Source: Centroscyllium fabricii
Lineage: Eukaryota
Reading direction: 5' to 3'
DNA: 64,000 nt
Assembly: GCA_051313645.2 (NCBI GenBank)
Contig: JBNRSN020000008.1
Location: 66,650,001-66,714,000 of the forward strand
Made by a program: the position numbers and the translations under genes. Under the pieces are notes generated by a model that was not told where the DNA came from, searched no databases, and worked only from the letters and a program-made list of their open reading frames with translations. How positions within the stretch are numbered: position 1 is the first letter of the stretch; the number at the start of each line of letters is the position of its first letter. Positions 22,931 through 35,430 of this stretch are shown piece after piece.

Positions 22931-24212
22931 AGATAGAGCATGGAAAAACAAGTTGCAAATACACATGTCCATCAATGGGGGCAGTATATACACCATTACA
23001 CATTGGCTTAATTAAAAATTCTGGTCAAGCTGCTATCCATCATGTTCCTTACTAGGCAGTTCTCAAACTTTAATAAGAAACCCCTTTCAGAATGTTTGCA
23101 AGACAAAAATGTTTGTCCATAAAGAAATCCAAACATTTAATAATGGTGATAAACTATATTAAGCTTAGCAACATTTTTTCATTGGAAGTATATAATTATC
23201 TTTAGAGGTTTGCCCAGCCAGAAATGTACCAATTCCTTTCATCATCTGCAAACACCCATTGAAGTTTAGAACAGCTATCTGGTAAGGAAAATGCTTAAGT
23301 TCAAATATGTTTGTAAGTTCAGACATTAATTCAACAGAGATGTGATTTTAATTAAACCAATGTGCATTGGTTGTTTATACTTTTCTTTGAATGTGGGTAG
23401 GCATAAAATCCAGTCCCTACAGACAGCAGCAAATTACAGGATCTGTTGCCATTTCTACATATTTTCAATCCAATAACTTCCACAACTTCAGTGTGTTTTG
23501 CAAGTTGTTAATACCAATAGATCTGCTACCCAGTGGTATAGCTGCACTTGGCACCAGCAATAGAATCTCAATTTAGGTAATAAAATTGAACAAAATGTTC
23601 CTTATTCCTTATAAATATGCCATACAGCTAATTAAAATAAAACTTCAACAACTTTTTGCAACGATCTAACTTCCAACATATTACCCCCAGTTAATTTTAA
23701 GGGGCCACTGAATAATTTCCATTGAAACTGGAAGTACAACCCAACAACTTGCAGTTCTTAAAATGAGCTGTAATGTTTTAATCTGAAAACATCAAAATGT
23801 TGTTAGCAATAATCAAGTAATTTTGGAAAAATGAAATTCTGCAATTCAACGAGAAGTGTAAAAATGTTAAATGCTTTCATACTTACCATGATGCTTGTGA
23901 ATTCTAGGTTAAGTTTATCTCTTTGTAATCTTTAGTTGCTATTCAGGCTACCAATTTTTAGAGTTATGCACTCAGAATCGAGTTAATGTAACCAGAGAGC
24001 ACCACTACACTTCTCATTGTGCATTTAACCCCTCAGTGCCCAAAACACCCTCGTACAGTACACCGCACTGCAAACAGAGAGGTACCATCACGGCAGATGA
24101 AGGAACATTTCTCTGCTGCAACAAGGGCTTGAGACACGTGTTAGGGGGCCCTGCAGTAAGGGAAGCAATAGTGTGCCTGAAACTGTGCAACAAAGAGGGT
24201 CAGGATAACAAC

Positions 24213-24258
24213 CTGTTGGTAGCCATGAAATAGGATGTCTGTGCCAAATCCTTGCTTG
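24213..24258 (-). CDS. CCNT2: Cyclin T2 exon 6
   Basis: (A)SKDLAQTSYFMATN(S); weak donor AG|GTTGTT. Confidence 0.94.
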
Positions 24259-24315
24259 CTGTAATAAAAATAAAACAGAATTAGCTAAAAGGAAAATCTA
24301 CGGATAAACGTCAAG

Positions 24316-24744
24316 TACAGGTCTGGCACCGGTAATCCGGACACCGGTAATCTGGAAACTTCAGTTGTCCGGAACGAATCCGGACGACCAGCGGCGCATG
24401 CCCGGGCCTCTCCCCGACTGGTCGGCGCATGCGCAAAATGGCCACTGCGCTTGGCTGTGCATGCCCGGGCCCCTCCCCGACTGGTCTGCGCAAAATGGCC
24501 ACCACGCTTGGCTGCACATAATGGCCGCTGCGCAAAATGGCCACCGCGCATGCCCGGGCCTCCCCGAACGATTCATGCTTCGGCGAGCGCATGCGCAGAC
24601 CATTCAAAATGGCCGCCGGCCTTCGTGGTGCCCATTTTGAATGGTCTGCACATGCGCTCGCCAAAGCTTCAATTGTTTGAATTTTTCACTAATTCTGCAC
24701 CGGCCTGGTCCCGCCCGTGCTGGATTATCGGTGTCGGACCTGTA
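24316..24744 (+). mobile_element. Tigger/pogo-like MITE copy 4, filling most of CCNT2 intron 5
   Basis: TACAGGTCTGGCACCGGTAATCC ... GGATTATCGGTGTCGGACCTGTA; internal repeats of GCGCAAAATGGCC. Confidence 0.78.
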
Positions 24745-24857
24745 TATTTAGGTATTGCACACTAAATTCAGTGGGTATAACCAATGTTCAGTATACTTTA
24801 TTGGACACAACTTAAGTTCTGTGTGTATACCTGTACTATATAAACAAAGACACTTAC

Positions 24858-24920
24858 CTCTCACTAACTGGGTACATTTCACCACATCAGTATGAGGGTG
24901 TTCTATAGTGATCTCAAAAC
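24858..24920 (-). CDS. CCNT2: Cyclin T2 exon 5
   Basis: (G)[20 protein letters not shown]; CAG/GTAAGT boundaries. Confidence 0.96.
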
Positions 24921-26094
24921 CTGTAAAGTTAAGTAACTTCAATTAACCCCAATTCATTTTCAAAGACAATACCAGACACTAGGATTTTTTTTTTAAGATA
25001 TGGGGGGCGGGGATCACAGGCCTGCAGAAACAGCAGCCAACTGAACTGTAAATAGACTGATTAAAATTAAACATTTACAATTTTTTTATTTTTTTTAAAT
25101 AAAGGACATTAAAATTAAAATAAGGCAAATCAGAAAAAAGCCTACATTATCGTATCCTTGCCACAGAGGGCGGTGGAGGCCAGTTCATTAAACATATTCA
25201 AGAGGGAATTGGATATATTTCTTCAAGCTAAAGTGATTAAAGGTTACGGAGAAAAGGCGGGGACGGGGTACTAGCTTGCTAAAGATCAGCCATGATCTCA
25301 TTGAATGGCGGAGCAGGCTCGAAGGGCTGAATGGCCTACTCCTGCTCCTATCTTCTATGATTCATTCTTTGAATGACATGCATCCTCTACACACTGTGGG
25401 AATACGATCTAGCTTGATGGGCTCTGGGTAAATATGCTGCACACATGAAAGCAGCATCATTTTGCAGACTGGCAATGTTGCACATGGTCCCACTCGTGCA
25501 CCGGATCAAGACACGGGACTTGCAACATTGCAGTAATTCATTCTCATTCAAAGCTACTAAATACAGACAGCTCCTCCAAACGATACCCAGGCTGGGCTTA
25601 TGGGCTGAGATCAAACTACCCACCTAACAGCATTGTGGGAGCATCTTCACTACTGTAGCAATTCAAGAAGGCCCACCACTACCTTGGAGGGCAATTAAGG
25701 ATGGGCAATAAATATCGGCCTTACAAGTGATGCCCACATCCCTTTTATGAAAAAAATGATAAGCGCAGAATGCACATCATCTGAAGGATGAAGACTCCAT
25801 CAGACAGGGAATCCTCCACTCTACAGGAACACTAGTTGCACTCAGTGAACACATATGATTTATCATTAAAACTATCACTGAAAGAGATATTATTCCAAAG
25901 GCTTGGAATTTGCGTTCATCAAGTTGCATGAATGTGAACTGTGTACAGAGAAAGATCTTCAGATCACGACATATTTGCTATGAGAAGGGAGAAACGATGT
26001 AGTCAAGCCTGTTAATACTGTGGCCAGATGTGGAATTCAGATGAACAAAAGTGGCAAGACCAATCCTTGCAACCAGGAGTGGATTATTCCCAAC

Positions 26095-26910
26095 ATGGCA
26101 AATGGAATATTATGTGGAGAAATGTGAAGTTATCCACTTTGGTAGGAAAAAATAGAAAAGCAGAGTATTTTTTAAATGGAGAGAGATTGGGAAATGTTGG
26201 TGTTCAGAGGGACCTGGGTGTCCTTGTACACGAATCACTGGAAGTTGACATGCAGGTAGAGCAAGCAATTAGGAAAGCAAATGGTATGTTGGCCTTTATT
26301 ACAAGAGGATTTGAGTACAAGAGTAAAGACATCTTACTGCAATTATAAAGGGCCCTGGTGAGACCACACCTGGAGTATTGTGTACAGTTTTGGTCTCCTT
26401 ACCCAAGGAAAGATATACTTGCCATAGAGGGAGCGCAATGAAGGTTCACCTACTGATTTCTGGGATGGGGGGATTATCCTATGAGGAGAGATTGATTAGA
26501 CTAGGCCTATATTCTCCAGAGTTTAGAAGAATGAGAGGTAATCTCATTGAAACATACAAAATTCTTACAGGGCTTGACAGGGTAGATACAGGGATGATGT
26601 TTCCCCTAGCTGGGGAGTCTAGAACCAGAGGTCAGTCTCAGAATAAGGGGTTGGCCATTTACGTCTGAGATGAGAACTTTCTTCACTCAGAGGGTGGCGA
26701 GACTTTGGAATTCTCTACCCCAGGGGGCTGTGGAGGCTCAGTCGTTGAGTATATTTAAGAAAGAGATCGATAGATTTTTGGATATTAAGGGAATCAAGGG
26801 ATTTGGGGATAGTGCAAGAAAGTGGAGTTGAGGTAGATGATCAGCCATGATCTCACTGAATGGCGGAGCAGGCTTGGGGGCCAAATGGCCTACTCCTGCT
26901 CCTATTTCTC
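26095..26910 (+). mobile_element. CR1 LINE 3' fragment
   Basis: QRDLGVLVH, KANGMLAFI, RPHLEY, RRMRGNLIETYKI and CR1 3' UTR. Confidence 0.9.
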
Positions 26911-29009
26911 ATGCTCGTATCCTCTTCAGACTGCTGTTGCTTCTTTTGCTGACCACCTTGCTGCCACAGAGGCCTACTCCCTCCAAGGATTCCATGATGA
27001 AGCCTCTTTGTAAGGCAAAAGTTGTGCAGCTTGCAGCCATAATCCTCAAGACTATATGCAGGACACCCCCAAACTTTTCCAGGCAATAATATTGTGTTCA
27101 ATTATTATTCTGGTGAGTGTATGGAGCTTACTATAGTGTGTTTTCAGATACACCATGATGAGGTCATCAGCAATGGCTGCAAAGGTTAGCCCTGATTTAC
27201 CAGAAGCTACCCCAAGACTTTGCCACTCTAGGCCAAACAGTGCTAGGAACGCAGACTGCGTTAAAGTGAAACCATTGTGGAAGCTCCTAGAGAAGTAGGT
27301 ATTCATCTGCATAATGTGGTGCAGTTATCTGCAAATCAGTTGCACAGTGAATGTGTGGGATCCTTTCCCGTCAACGTAGGCAGAGACACTGTGGTTGTCG
27401 GTCGAAGCAGTCACCTTCACATTTGTCCAAGTGACAACAGACGCATCTTTCAACTCCAAATGAACTAACATGCTTAAAATGTTTCAGATGGAATGCCTCA
27501 AGGCTGGTGCCTTCCTATTATACAATTGGCCTTTGGTTGGACAGGGGAAAGAAAACCAAGGTTCCTACTCCTGTCCACTCTCTAGCTACCCATACTGGAA
27601 ATGAACTTTGGATGAGAACAGGGCGAGACTTGACTTATGTCCCATGCAGTAGAATAGCCAGAAACTCACTGTGAATAATGGTGACTTGGGGAAATTACTG
27701 GTTGGTGACCAATGTCAGTGCAGACTACCCACAAAAAGGAGTCAGTGCCTTTGATAGAAGAGTGGAGAAAAATAAGAGAAAGGTAAGTCCCTCTGCTGAG
27801 TTCAGAACAAACGTTGTATTTCTGAAAATTGTGCAGTGAAGACAATGTAAGCATATGTCAATCGAAGGATCCTTTAAATATTTGAAGCCAGGTTCCCAAA
27901 ATCTATTCCAGCAGAACCATTCTGCTGAAAATAGGCCAATACTTGCAAGCTTCAAAACTGAAAGATGATCCAAAAAAAGACACTACAAACAGCAATTATG
28001 GTAGTGTAGAAAACAACCACTAAATGGTTTTCCTCTGTGTACAAGAGCTAATATTGTTCACGGAGATATAAAAACAAAGACATGCATTGATACACCGCTG
28101 TATCATTGATTAAGCATTTCACGTACAATGAATTACTTTCTCTGGAATGCACTGACATTACAGACATATGCAGTAGTAATTTTACACAAAGATCCCACAA
28201 ACAGCAATGGGTGTAATCACAGCCAACAAAAACTGGAAGAAGCACCTAAGCAAAAACAATGCTGAAGGTCACAAATTTAGTAAAAGGATCAGACTGCTCT
28301 CCCTCATACATTCCTCCCATAGATGAAAGCAAATCTGGGTTGTGTGTGGCAGCTGAATGAACGGAAAAGCAGAGCAGGGAAAATACTAAAGGGAAAAAAG
28401 TACAATTTTAGTTAGAGCAGAAAATTCTCTTGAAGGATCTCAACACACTTGGCTCGTCACGGATTCACCCCATCGATAAGTTGTCAGTTCCATACACATG
28501 GTGTGGGTGAATGAGTGCTGTGGTCTAAAACTGATAGGAGCCAGAAAAATAAAGACCAGTCAACATGCCAAAAGAAAAATAGGAAAGAGGATTTAAGCAG
28601 TAAAAATTAGTTTTATCATAAAAGCTCAACAACAAATTAGAAATAGAAAATATAACTTCATCCCCCAAAATGGATATATCGACCCAAGTACCCCGGCCAT
28701 GGGGATAATTAGGACAGCCAGCTTGACTTCTGGCTGCAAGAAGTTATAATTAGTTATAAGTTGCTACACCAATGACTGGGCGACTTGCCAAGCTTTGTTC
28801 AATAGGCTTCGATGCTTCTTCAATAGCACCAGTGGGATTTTTTTCAGAATTGCATTATGGATAAAATCCTTCCATTTAAATTCCAAATATTTTAGAATCT
28901 TTGGAGGGCTCAAATCAGAAGATTAGCAGTGGGTTAGGGCAACACAGGAGGGAGTTGGAACTAATTGAGAACCAATGTTCTCGATTACTTCTCAACTTCA
29001 TAATCTACA

Positions 29010-30537
29010 TCCTCGGGTACTTAAGTGGCCCTAGAAATAATGGATGCATTGCTCATCATCTTCCAGAACTCGATAGACTCTGGAACAGTACCCATGGATT
29101 GGAGGGTAGCTAATGTTACCCCACTATTCAAAAAAGGTGGTAGAGATAAAGCGGGGAATTATAGACCAGTAAGCCTGACATCAGTAGTGGGGAAAATGCT
29201 AGAGTCCATTATAAAAAATGTAATAGCAGAGCACTTAGAAAACAGTGACAGGATCGGACAAAGTCTACATGGATTTACAAAAGGTAAATCATGCTTGACT
29301 AATCTACCGGAAATTTTTGAGGATGTAACTGGTAGAATAGATAAGGGAGAACCAGTGGATGTGGTGTATTTGGATTTTCAGAAGGCTTTCAATAAGGTTC
29401 CGCATAAGAGATTAGCGTGTAAAGTTAAGGCACATGGGATTGGGGACAAGGTATTGACTTGGATAGAGAACTGGTTGGCAGAAAAGAAGCAAGAGTTGAA
29501 ATAAACGTGTCTTTCTCCGAGTGGCAGGCAGTGACTAGTGGGGTACCGCAGGGATCGGTCCTAGGACCCCAGCTACTCACAATATAATTTAACGAACTAA
29601 GACGAGGGAACTAGATATAATCTCCACGTTTGCAGACGACACAAAGCTGGGCAGGCGTGTGTGCTGTGAAGATGCCGAGAAACTCCAGTATGATTTGGAC
29701 AGGCTGGGTAATTGGGCAGAAGCATGGCAGATGCAATAGAATGTGGATAAATGTGAGGTTATGCACTTTGGTGTCAAAAACAGGATGATTATCTGAATGG
29801 CAATAGATTAGGAGAAGGGGAAGTGCAACGAGACCTGGGTGTCCTTGTGCACCAGTCGCTGAAGGCAAGCATGCAGGTGCAGCACGCGGTTAAGGCGGCA
29901 AATGGTATGATGGCCTTCGTAGCGAGAGGGTTCGAGTATGGGAACAAGGATGTCTTGCTGCAGTTATACAAGGCCTTGGTGAGACCACACCTTGAGTATT
30001 CTGTGCAGTTTTGGTTGCCTTATCGAAGGAAGGATGTTCCTGCCATGGAGGGAGTGCAGCGAAGATTCACCAGGCTGATACCTGGCATGGCAGGAATGAC
30101 GCATATGGGGAGACTGGATTGATTGGGCTTATACTCGCTGGAGTATAGAAGAGTGGGGATCTCATTGAAACGTATCAAATTCTAACAGGACTAGACAGAC
30201 TAGATGCAGAAGCATGTTCCCGATGGTCGGGGAGTCCAGAGCCAGGGGTCACAGTCTAAGAATAATGGGTAAACCACTTAGGACAGAGATGTGGAGGAGT
30301 TTCTTCACCCAGAGAGTGGTGGACCTGTGGAATTATCTACCATAGAAGGCAGTAGAGGCCAATTCATTAAATATATTCAAGAAGGAGTTAGATATATTTC
30401 TTAAGGCATCAAGGGATATGGAGAAAAGGCAGGGGCAGGGTACTGAATTTGGATGATCAGCCATGATCTCATTGAATGGTGGAGCAGGCTCGAGGGGCCG
30501 AATGGTCTACTCCTGCTCCTATCTTCTATGTTTCTAT
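29010..30537 (+). mobile_element. CR1 LINE RT to 3' end, decayed
   Basis: DWRVANVTPLFKKG, NYRPVSLTS, YLDFQKAF, GVPQGS, FADD, RPHLEY; CR1 tail. Confidence 0.92.
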
Positions 30538-32119
30538 GTAATGTTAGTGGGCTCAGGAGGTACTCTGATGTGGTAAGAGATGCAGGAATGAAAGGCACCA
30601 GAGTGAATAGGGTGATGGAAGCAGGTGAACACATATAATAGGAACTTCACAGTAAGAGTGGCAGTCAACATGCCTCTCACATCTCTTACCATCCACCCTC
30701 AGCAAGAATTGGGATGGGAGATAACAGTGGAGAGAGGCAGTGTCCAGAATACATGCATTTGTACTGCCTGTTCAAAGGGAACAAGCCTGTCAGCAATGGG
30801 GTGACAGGATCAGCAGCGAGTGGCAGGAATGTGAAACGAGTAGTACAGCATGCGACAGGAACAAGGGGCAGCATGGAAGGAAAGACAAGGTGAGGGATTG
30901 GAAGCAAGCAGCCAAGTCCTGTAGGCCATATTTGCCATGCACCTGATGCCTGGAGATGCAGTTTCCAACCCCAAGCAGCTTCTTCCCCACCATCGCTCTA
31001 ACAAATGCAAACAAGAAGTTAGGAAAGAGACAAGCAGAGAGAGATTGAGGCAGAGATGGAGACGACACTTTAAAGGTCATAAGTATTAAGGAAAAAAAGA
31101 CACTTTCCAATCCATGCTGGTATCTTCTGACTTGGAGCAAGAAATTTACAAGCATCTGAAAATTTCCAAGTTTCCTTTGCCAACAAATAATCTATAGTTG
31201 ACTTAAGGATCTGATACAACAATTAGTCTCTGTGGCCTTAAAGGGATAACCCTCATTAAATACAAGTGCACTTTACCAGAATAATATTGTGCACATGGTA
31301 GAACATTCCTATTGTAAAACAATACATTATTCCACTTACTGAGAAACACTACAGGAGACCCATTAACAATAAAACAAGCAATTTATCTCCATCTCTATGC
31401 CATAGACTATTGCTGTTCTTAGATAGCATACAAGAAGTAGTCACTTAAAGTATTCATTCCTTGGTTTCATCCTACTCTGGAAACTTAATCAAAGGCAATT
31501 AAACTGAAATACTGCGGAGAATAAAAGCAGCCATTTAATCCGAATGAGCACAGAACAAATCAACCAAAATTACTGTGGTCTGTGCACTATAATAACTCAC
31601 CAAACCTACTTTGACAGTACCACCAAGTCCCTTGACCTCTACCAACAAGGACAACAGCTGGGAATGTCATTTCTAAGTCTCACACTATCCTAACTTGATC
31701 ATACACTACCATTCTTTCATTCTCTCTGGACCAAATTCCTGGAATCCAGACACCATGATGGGGGCACCAGCGACACAGAAACTGCGATTGTTCAAGAGGA
31801 AGGTCCACCACCACCACCACCATTGCAGGGCAACTGGGAATGGGCAATAGATGCAGCGGAGTCATCCAGAAACCAAGAACAAAAAAATGCCTACATCAAT
31901 CAGTAAGTGTAGAGATCATTATTGAATGAAGCCTAACTTTCAATAACATGCAATTCAGAGAACAGGAAATAACATGCAAAACTAAGATTGAGAATATATG
32001 TTCTTAGAAGTGTAAAACATTTCAACAGACTAGTATATATTGCCCAAGCACCTATGAAGTTAAATGCCTTGTCCTTTAAAACATACTGTCACTGTAATCG
32101 AGCCCTTACTCCAACTTAC

Positions 32120-32180
32120 CCAAGGTTTGCAGTATGATACTTTCAAGTATGACCAGGTCTTGGGCCTGTTGAAGATATGC
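32120..32180 (-). CDS. CCNT2: Cyclin T2 exon 4
   Basis: AYLQQAQDLVILESIILQTL(G); CAG/GTAAGT boundaries. Confidence 0.96.
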
Positions 32181-32498
32181 CTGAAGTTTAAAGAACATGT
32201 ATTAGAAAGTAATTTGCATAGCAACTCAACAAATAAGCTCACACCTTTATGAACATTTCCCCTCAAGCAGCAGCCCCTTTGGTATAACAAAAAGATATGG
32301 TGAAGGAATAGTTGTTTTGCAAAGTTACAGTGTTAGATTTCTTTTTCTTTATTATGTAGCTAAATAAATTAAAAATTGGAGTTGCACTTTTATACTTAAA
32401 ATTTGCTCATCAAATATGGTTTGCTCATTAAAAACCCAATCTTTCAAATATTACATTCATATCCTAAATGTCACTTTGCCATATTATTTACAACTTAC

Positions 32499-32627
32499 AT
32501 CACTCTTAACATCTAGTGGCGGTTCTTGAGGGTTCAAGCAGGCATGTACCACCTTTATAACATGCTCAAGTTTACGCGGCTGTTCCTCTACTTTTGCAGC
32601 CAAGAACAAAGCAGCAGGTGAAATTAT
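32499..32627 (-). CDS. CCNT2: Cyclin T2 exon 3
   Basis: [43 protein letters not shown]; AG/GTAAGT boundaries. Confidence 0.96.
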
Positions 32628-32977
32628 CTGTCAAGAATTTTCAACAATGTTAAATGCTTGAATAAAAATACTAATTAGTATCTATCAAAAAACAATCAGC
32701 AAAATTTTGATTCAATCTTATTACGTTAGCTAACTACCTAAACAGTACGGTGCACTTCCATCAACTATGCTTAAAATTTGACTGCTCTCAAATCAAACAC
32801 GAATTTGAAAAGTATAGGTTAATAGATAGCATTGCTCCCAAATCCGAGATAGTATATATGGTAGAGAGTTTATATTTTCACCTAGTGTAGTTCTACAGCA
32901 TATTATCTTGTGATATGCAGCACCTAGTGGTATTTAGAAAAATAGCCATGTTGTCTTGGAGCATAAATTTTGAACAC

Positions 32978-33529
32978 CATTAAGTTAGAGGCTAGTAAGA
33001 GCATTAAGTTAGAGGCTAGTAAGAGCATTAAGTTAGAGGCTAGTAAGAGCATTAAGTTAGAGGCTAGTAAGAGCATTAAGTTAGAGGCTAGTAAGAACAT
33101 TAAGTTAGAGGCTAGTAAGAACATTAAGTTAGAGGCTAGTAAGAGCATTAAGTTAGAGGCTAGTAAGAGCATTAAGTTAGAGGCTAGTAAGAGCATTAAG
33201 TTAGAGGCTAGTAAGAGCATTAAGGTAGAGGCTAGTAAGAGCATTAAGGTAGAGGCTAGTAAGAGCATTAAGGTAGAGGCTAGTAAGAGCATTAAGTTAG
33301 AGGCTAGTAAGAGCATTAAGTTAGAGGCTAGTAAGAGCATTAAGTTAGAGGCTAGTAAGAGCATTAAGTTAGAGGCTAGTAAGAGCATTAAGTTAGAGGC
33401 TAGTAAGAGCATTAAGTTAGAGGCTAGTAAGAGCATTAAGTTAGAGGCTAGTAAGAGCATTAAGTTAGAGGCTAGTAAGAGCATTAAGTTAGAGGCTAGT
33501 AAGAGCATTAAGTTAGAGGCTAGTAAGAG
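32978..33529. repeat. 24-bp minisatellite, 23 copies
   Basis: Unit CATTAAGTTAGAGGCTAGTAAGAG; two adjacent G>A variant units and three adjacent T>G variant units. Confidence 0.95.
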
Positions 33530-35039
33530 TGCAAAGTTATTTCAATTCATGCACTGCTCCTTTAGACGATGACATCATAACTGAGTCTCAATACACAGAT
33601 TGAGCCAACATCTATATTGATGCCCATTTTAAACTTGCAAAGATCATCTTTTGCTATAAATAAAAATTCAATCTCGATGCAACACATCAGCCCAATGCAT
33701 TTAAACTTTGCTTTACCAGCCGTACCTTGAACATGTGCTGAATGTTTTGAAGAAAGTCTTGTAATTTGTGAGTAGGTAAACCAAACTGTTTTAAGATAAG
33801 TGAACAAATGCCACACTCCTACCAATACTGATCTTGCATTCCCAAGAGGTATGGAGGAGTATGAAGTTCAGACACTTACCAATGTACCCAAGTCAATTTT
33901 AAAATCATCTATCCAGTGGCAAAGTTACACATTTTTAAAGCCATGCCAGGTCAGAAAATGCAAGGAAGAAGCTGGGAGGAAGTTTTACATATGGAGGTGG
34001 GGCTTCTTCACAGGAGTATAACTACACCCATGTTACTCAACTTAATATTCTCATTTACTCCACCTCCACAAACCTAAAGTATACCAAAGTAGTGCAGAAA
34101 CTGGCTGCGGGGTTCTGAAGACCTAGATCTTCAACGTGGCTTTCAGCACAGCTGTAAAATTAAATGATGATTAATATGCACGTCAGGTATTTGCCTTCAT
34201 TGGAGACGTCAGAAGAAACCTCAATCCAGTTTAAGAAGTGGCTGTCTAGTTCTACCCTGGAAGCAGACAACGTAAAATGTACTCTACCATTTAATTTGCC
34301 AATGTTTCTTTACAGTGGATTTACTGGAATTCCTTTCCCCATAAAAGCCAATCCACCATCTAAAATCATATTTATATTAGTATCCATGAGGATCTGCAGT
34401 TCAGACTGAAGTAGTTACTGAGCTTGTGAATAACAGTAACAGTGTATTTACCCCTACCCAAAGAGCAGACACACTCTGGCTGCTTTATCCTTTATTCCAG
34501 TCAAAATTACTATGTCTGTACTGGTTAAAATGGATGCCTGGTCTCGGGGCTGGAAAAGTCCCTTCTCAAGCTTGCTGATAATTCAGGCACCAAGCATTAA
34601 ATACCCGAGTGGCACATTTCAGACAAAGCATTTGTACATTTAAGCAATGTCCTAAGTTCTACTTTTAATCCAATTTCTGAAGTTTTCTCATATGGCTTCA
34701 TAAATTATATCTATTTCCCCCTCCCAAATTACAAGCCATAATAAATTGAAAACAAGTCCCAGCGTTAACATAACTGGCATAGCAGATGGCCTCAAAAAAT
34801 ATATCATCCAAGGTACAAAAAACAGAAACCCCTAATCATATTTAGTGTTGTGCTTCCTTCTTGTACTTATATTCTGGATTCTTATGCACAATACATTATG
34901 GCTTTTTAGTCAATGAAGAGAAAAAAACATTTTTCATACAGTTACTGTTTCCATTCATAATGGTCTTATTTTCATCAGGTCTTTAGTAAATTCATTAGTT
35001 TCTATTCCATTTCTTCATCCACATTCTCCACTTCCCTTT

Positions 35040-35430
35040 GGGCGGCACGGTGGCCCAGTGGTTAGCACTGTTGCCTCACAGCACTGGAGACCCGGGTTCA
35101 AATCGAGCCTCGGGTACTATCTGTGTGGAGTTTGCACATTCTCCCCGTGTCTGCGTGGGTTTCCTCCGGGTGCTCCGGTTTCCTCCCCCAGTCCAAAGAT
35201 GTGCGGGTTAGGTTGATTGGCCAGGATAAATTGACCCTTAGTGTTAGGGGGACTGAATATGTGGGGTTGGTGGGATAGGGTGGGATATGTGTCGGTGCAG
35301 GCTCGATAGGGATATGGGGAAAAGGCAGGGACAGGGTACTGGGTTTGGATGATCAGCCATGATCTCATTGAATGGCAGAGCAGGCTCGAGGGGCCGAATG
35401 GCCTACTCCTGCTCCTAGTTTCTATGTTTC
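35040..35430 (+). mobile_element. Full-length HE1-type V-SINE (a truncated copy lies at about 59148-59400 on the - strand)
   Basis: A box TGGCCCAGTGG, B box GGTTCAAATCG, V-domain, CR1-type tail ending TTCTATGTTTC. Confidence 0.88.

Noticed and set aside
22364-23055. Pro/Gly-rich ORFs
   Set aside because: Translations of G/C homopolymer runs in a hAT element; the same applies to 42964-43557.
32924-33572. 194-aa and 200-aa ORFs (MLLLASNL / SIKLEASK repeats) and a CRISPR-like appearance
   Set aside because: Pure 24-bp tandem repeat with no unique spacers and no cas genes, in a vertebrate intron; the ORFs are a by-product of a stop-free unit.
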